NCBI GenBank assembly: GCA_977020255.1
Contig: CDROCS010000001.1
Coordinates: forward strand, 434,001-498,000
Source: Obrimoposthia wandeli
Taxonomy: Eukaryota
Direction: 5' to 3'
Length of the DNA: 64,000 nucleotides
Within the stretch, counting starts at the first letter, position 1, and every line of letters starts with the position of its first letter. Made by a program: the position numbers and the translations under genes. The notes under the pieces were generated by a model. It did not search any database. It was not told the DNA's origin and worked only from the letters and a program-made list of their open reading frames with translations. Shown here one piece after another: positions 62,861 to 64,000 of this stretch.

Positions 62861-64000
62861 AGAAAATAAGAAAAATAAAAAAAATCGCAAGTAGTCATAT
62901 AACATGCTTGTGTCCAGTGGAATTGCTTTAAACTACGTATAGTTTCATAAACTGTAAATACAATACCTGATCGAGTAGATACCCTGACTGCTGGCAAGTT
63001 GGAGAGAATTAAAAAGGGGGATATTATAAAAACAAAATGACCGAATTAAAATTTCTTACCAATACTTTATGAAATAAATTTAAATGCCAGAAAATATAAT
63101 ACTTACCTTTCCAATACTCCAAAAGGCTGTCACAACCTGGGAAACCATTAAGCAGTGTCATACAAACAATCTCCTCTGGAGATAAATCAGTCTTACATGA
63201 AGTAGAAGACACCTTTCGGTGTATTGCTATAGGGATATATTAGTACATACAAGTGTTTACTAGAATATAGTTTTCTTATCTTCTGGCGATCGGCGAGTGT
63301 TGTTTAAACCAAATTTATTGGGGAAATAACTTACTAACTTTAAAAATTGCCTCAGATGAAAATTAGGTAATCTAAAATGAAGTTTTTTATTGTAATTGAT
63401 TGCTTATTCTGGCTTCACGAGGAACACATTGGAAGTTTATGTGCCTGTTAGTAATGCAAAGTACTTATTTAGATTAAAAAGTGTGACTTTGGCAAAATAT
63501 ACCTTATTCGGCGAATTAATTTATGTTGCAAAATGATGTTTGGTTCATTAAAATACAACTTATTATTGCATTGAAATTCCTCTATAAAGTTTTATTTGAC
63601 TAAAATGGCGTTTTTGTAAATTATTTCACATAAAGAATTTGATGATTTTTCAATCAAAGATTATAAGTAGTATTTTATTTTGCATATTGAAACATTTTAG
63701 ATTCTCAAAAATAAATACATGATACAAAAATTATTTACAAAAATATATATTTGTCTACAAAATTAATTAATATTTTTAAACTATTTTTTTGGATCAATGT
63801 ATATCTTGTTCATGTTGATTTTCGTAAAGAATTTATTGACAATTATTTTCAACGTTAGTTTTCTATCTAATAATTTTTATTTTTTAAATAATTTTTTTAT
63901 TTTTAATATTTATTTCTCAAAGTAATATTTGTGTTACTTTCAACGATACAGTTTACAATTTATAAATTATTAAATTAGTTTAAAAAAACGAATATTTACA

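Noticed and set aside
62900-63212. Minus-strand exon pair resembling a mitochondrial carrier (YWKG, GIVFTVYE)
   Set aside because: The splice that joins them destroys the carrier spacing, and no PX(D/E)XX(K/R) motif is seen.
46-63212. Most short ORFs in the supplied track (e.g. 2868-3272, 17724-18008, 22098-22403, 54277-54522)
   Set aside because: AT-rich random frames or antisense shadows of transposon genes, with no motifs.
1-64000. TGA read as Trp (altered genetic code), suggested by several conserved Trp codons appearing as TGA
   Set aside because: Other Trp positions became TAG, TGA also replaces non-Trp residues, and intact frames use TGG. This fits ordinary G-to-A decay.

Overview
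This is AT-rich eukaryotic (animal-like) genomic DNA made mostly of transposable elements, most of them decayed. The main block is an 11.7-kb Maverick/Polinton (38573-50303) with both TIRs. It carries pPolB, packaging ATPase, integrase, minor and major capsid, core protein and protease, most of them frameshifted or with stops. Its accessory genes include a clear TATA-binding-protein (TBP)-like gene. Its right end sits inside the 5' LTR of a 3.8-kb Ty3/Gypsy element. That element has no 3'-tRNA primer-binding site; instead its LTR is followed directly by a perfect 12-nt complement of the 5' end of tRNA-Phe. Also present: a near-intact Buster/Charlie hAT with an 8-bp TSD, a DD37D (maT) element, and piggyBac, pogo, mariner, L2 and R2-like remnants. 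There are two clean MITEs, a 28S rRNA fragment ending near the R2 target site, a VCP/p97 pseudogene fragment and one probable 3-exon host gene (FCF2/DNTTIP2-like). All assignments come from manual motif recognition; no searches were run.
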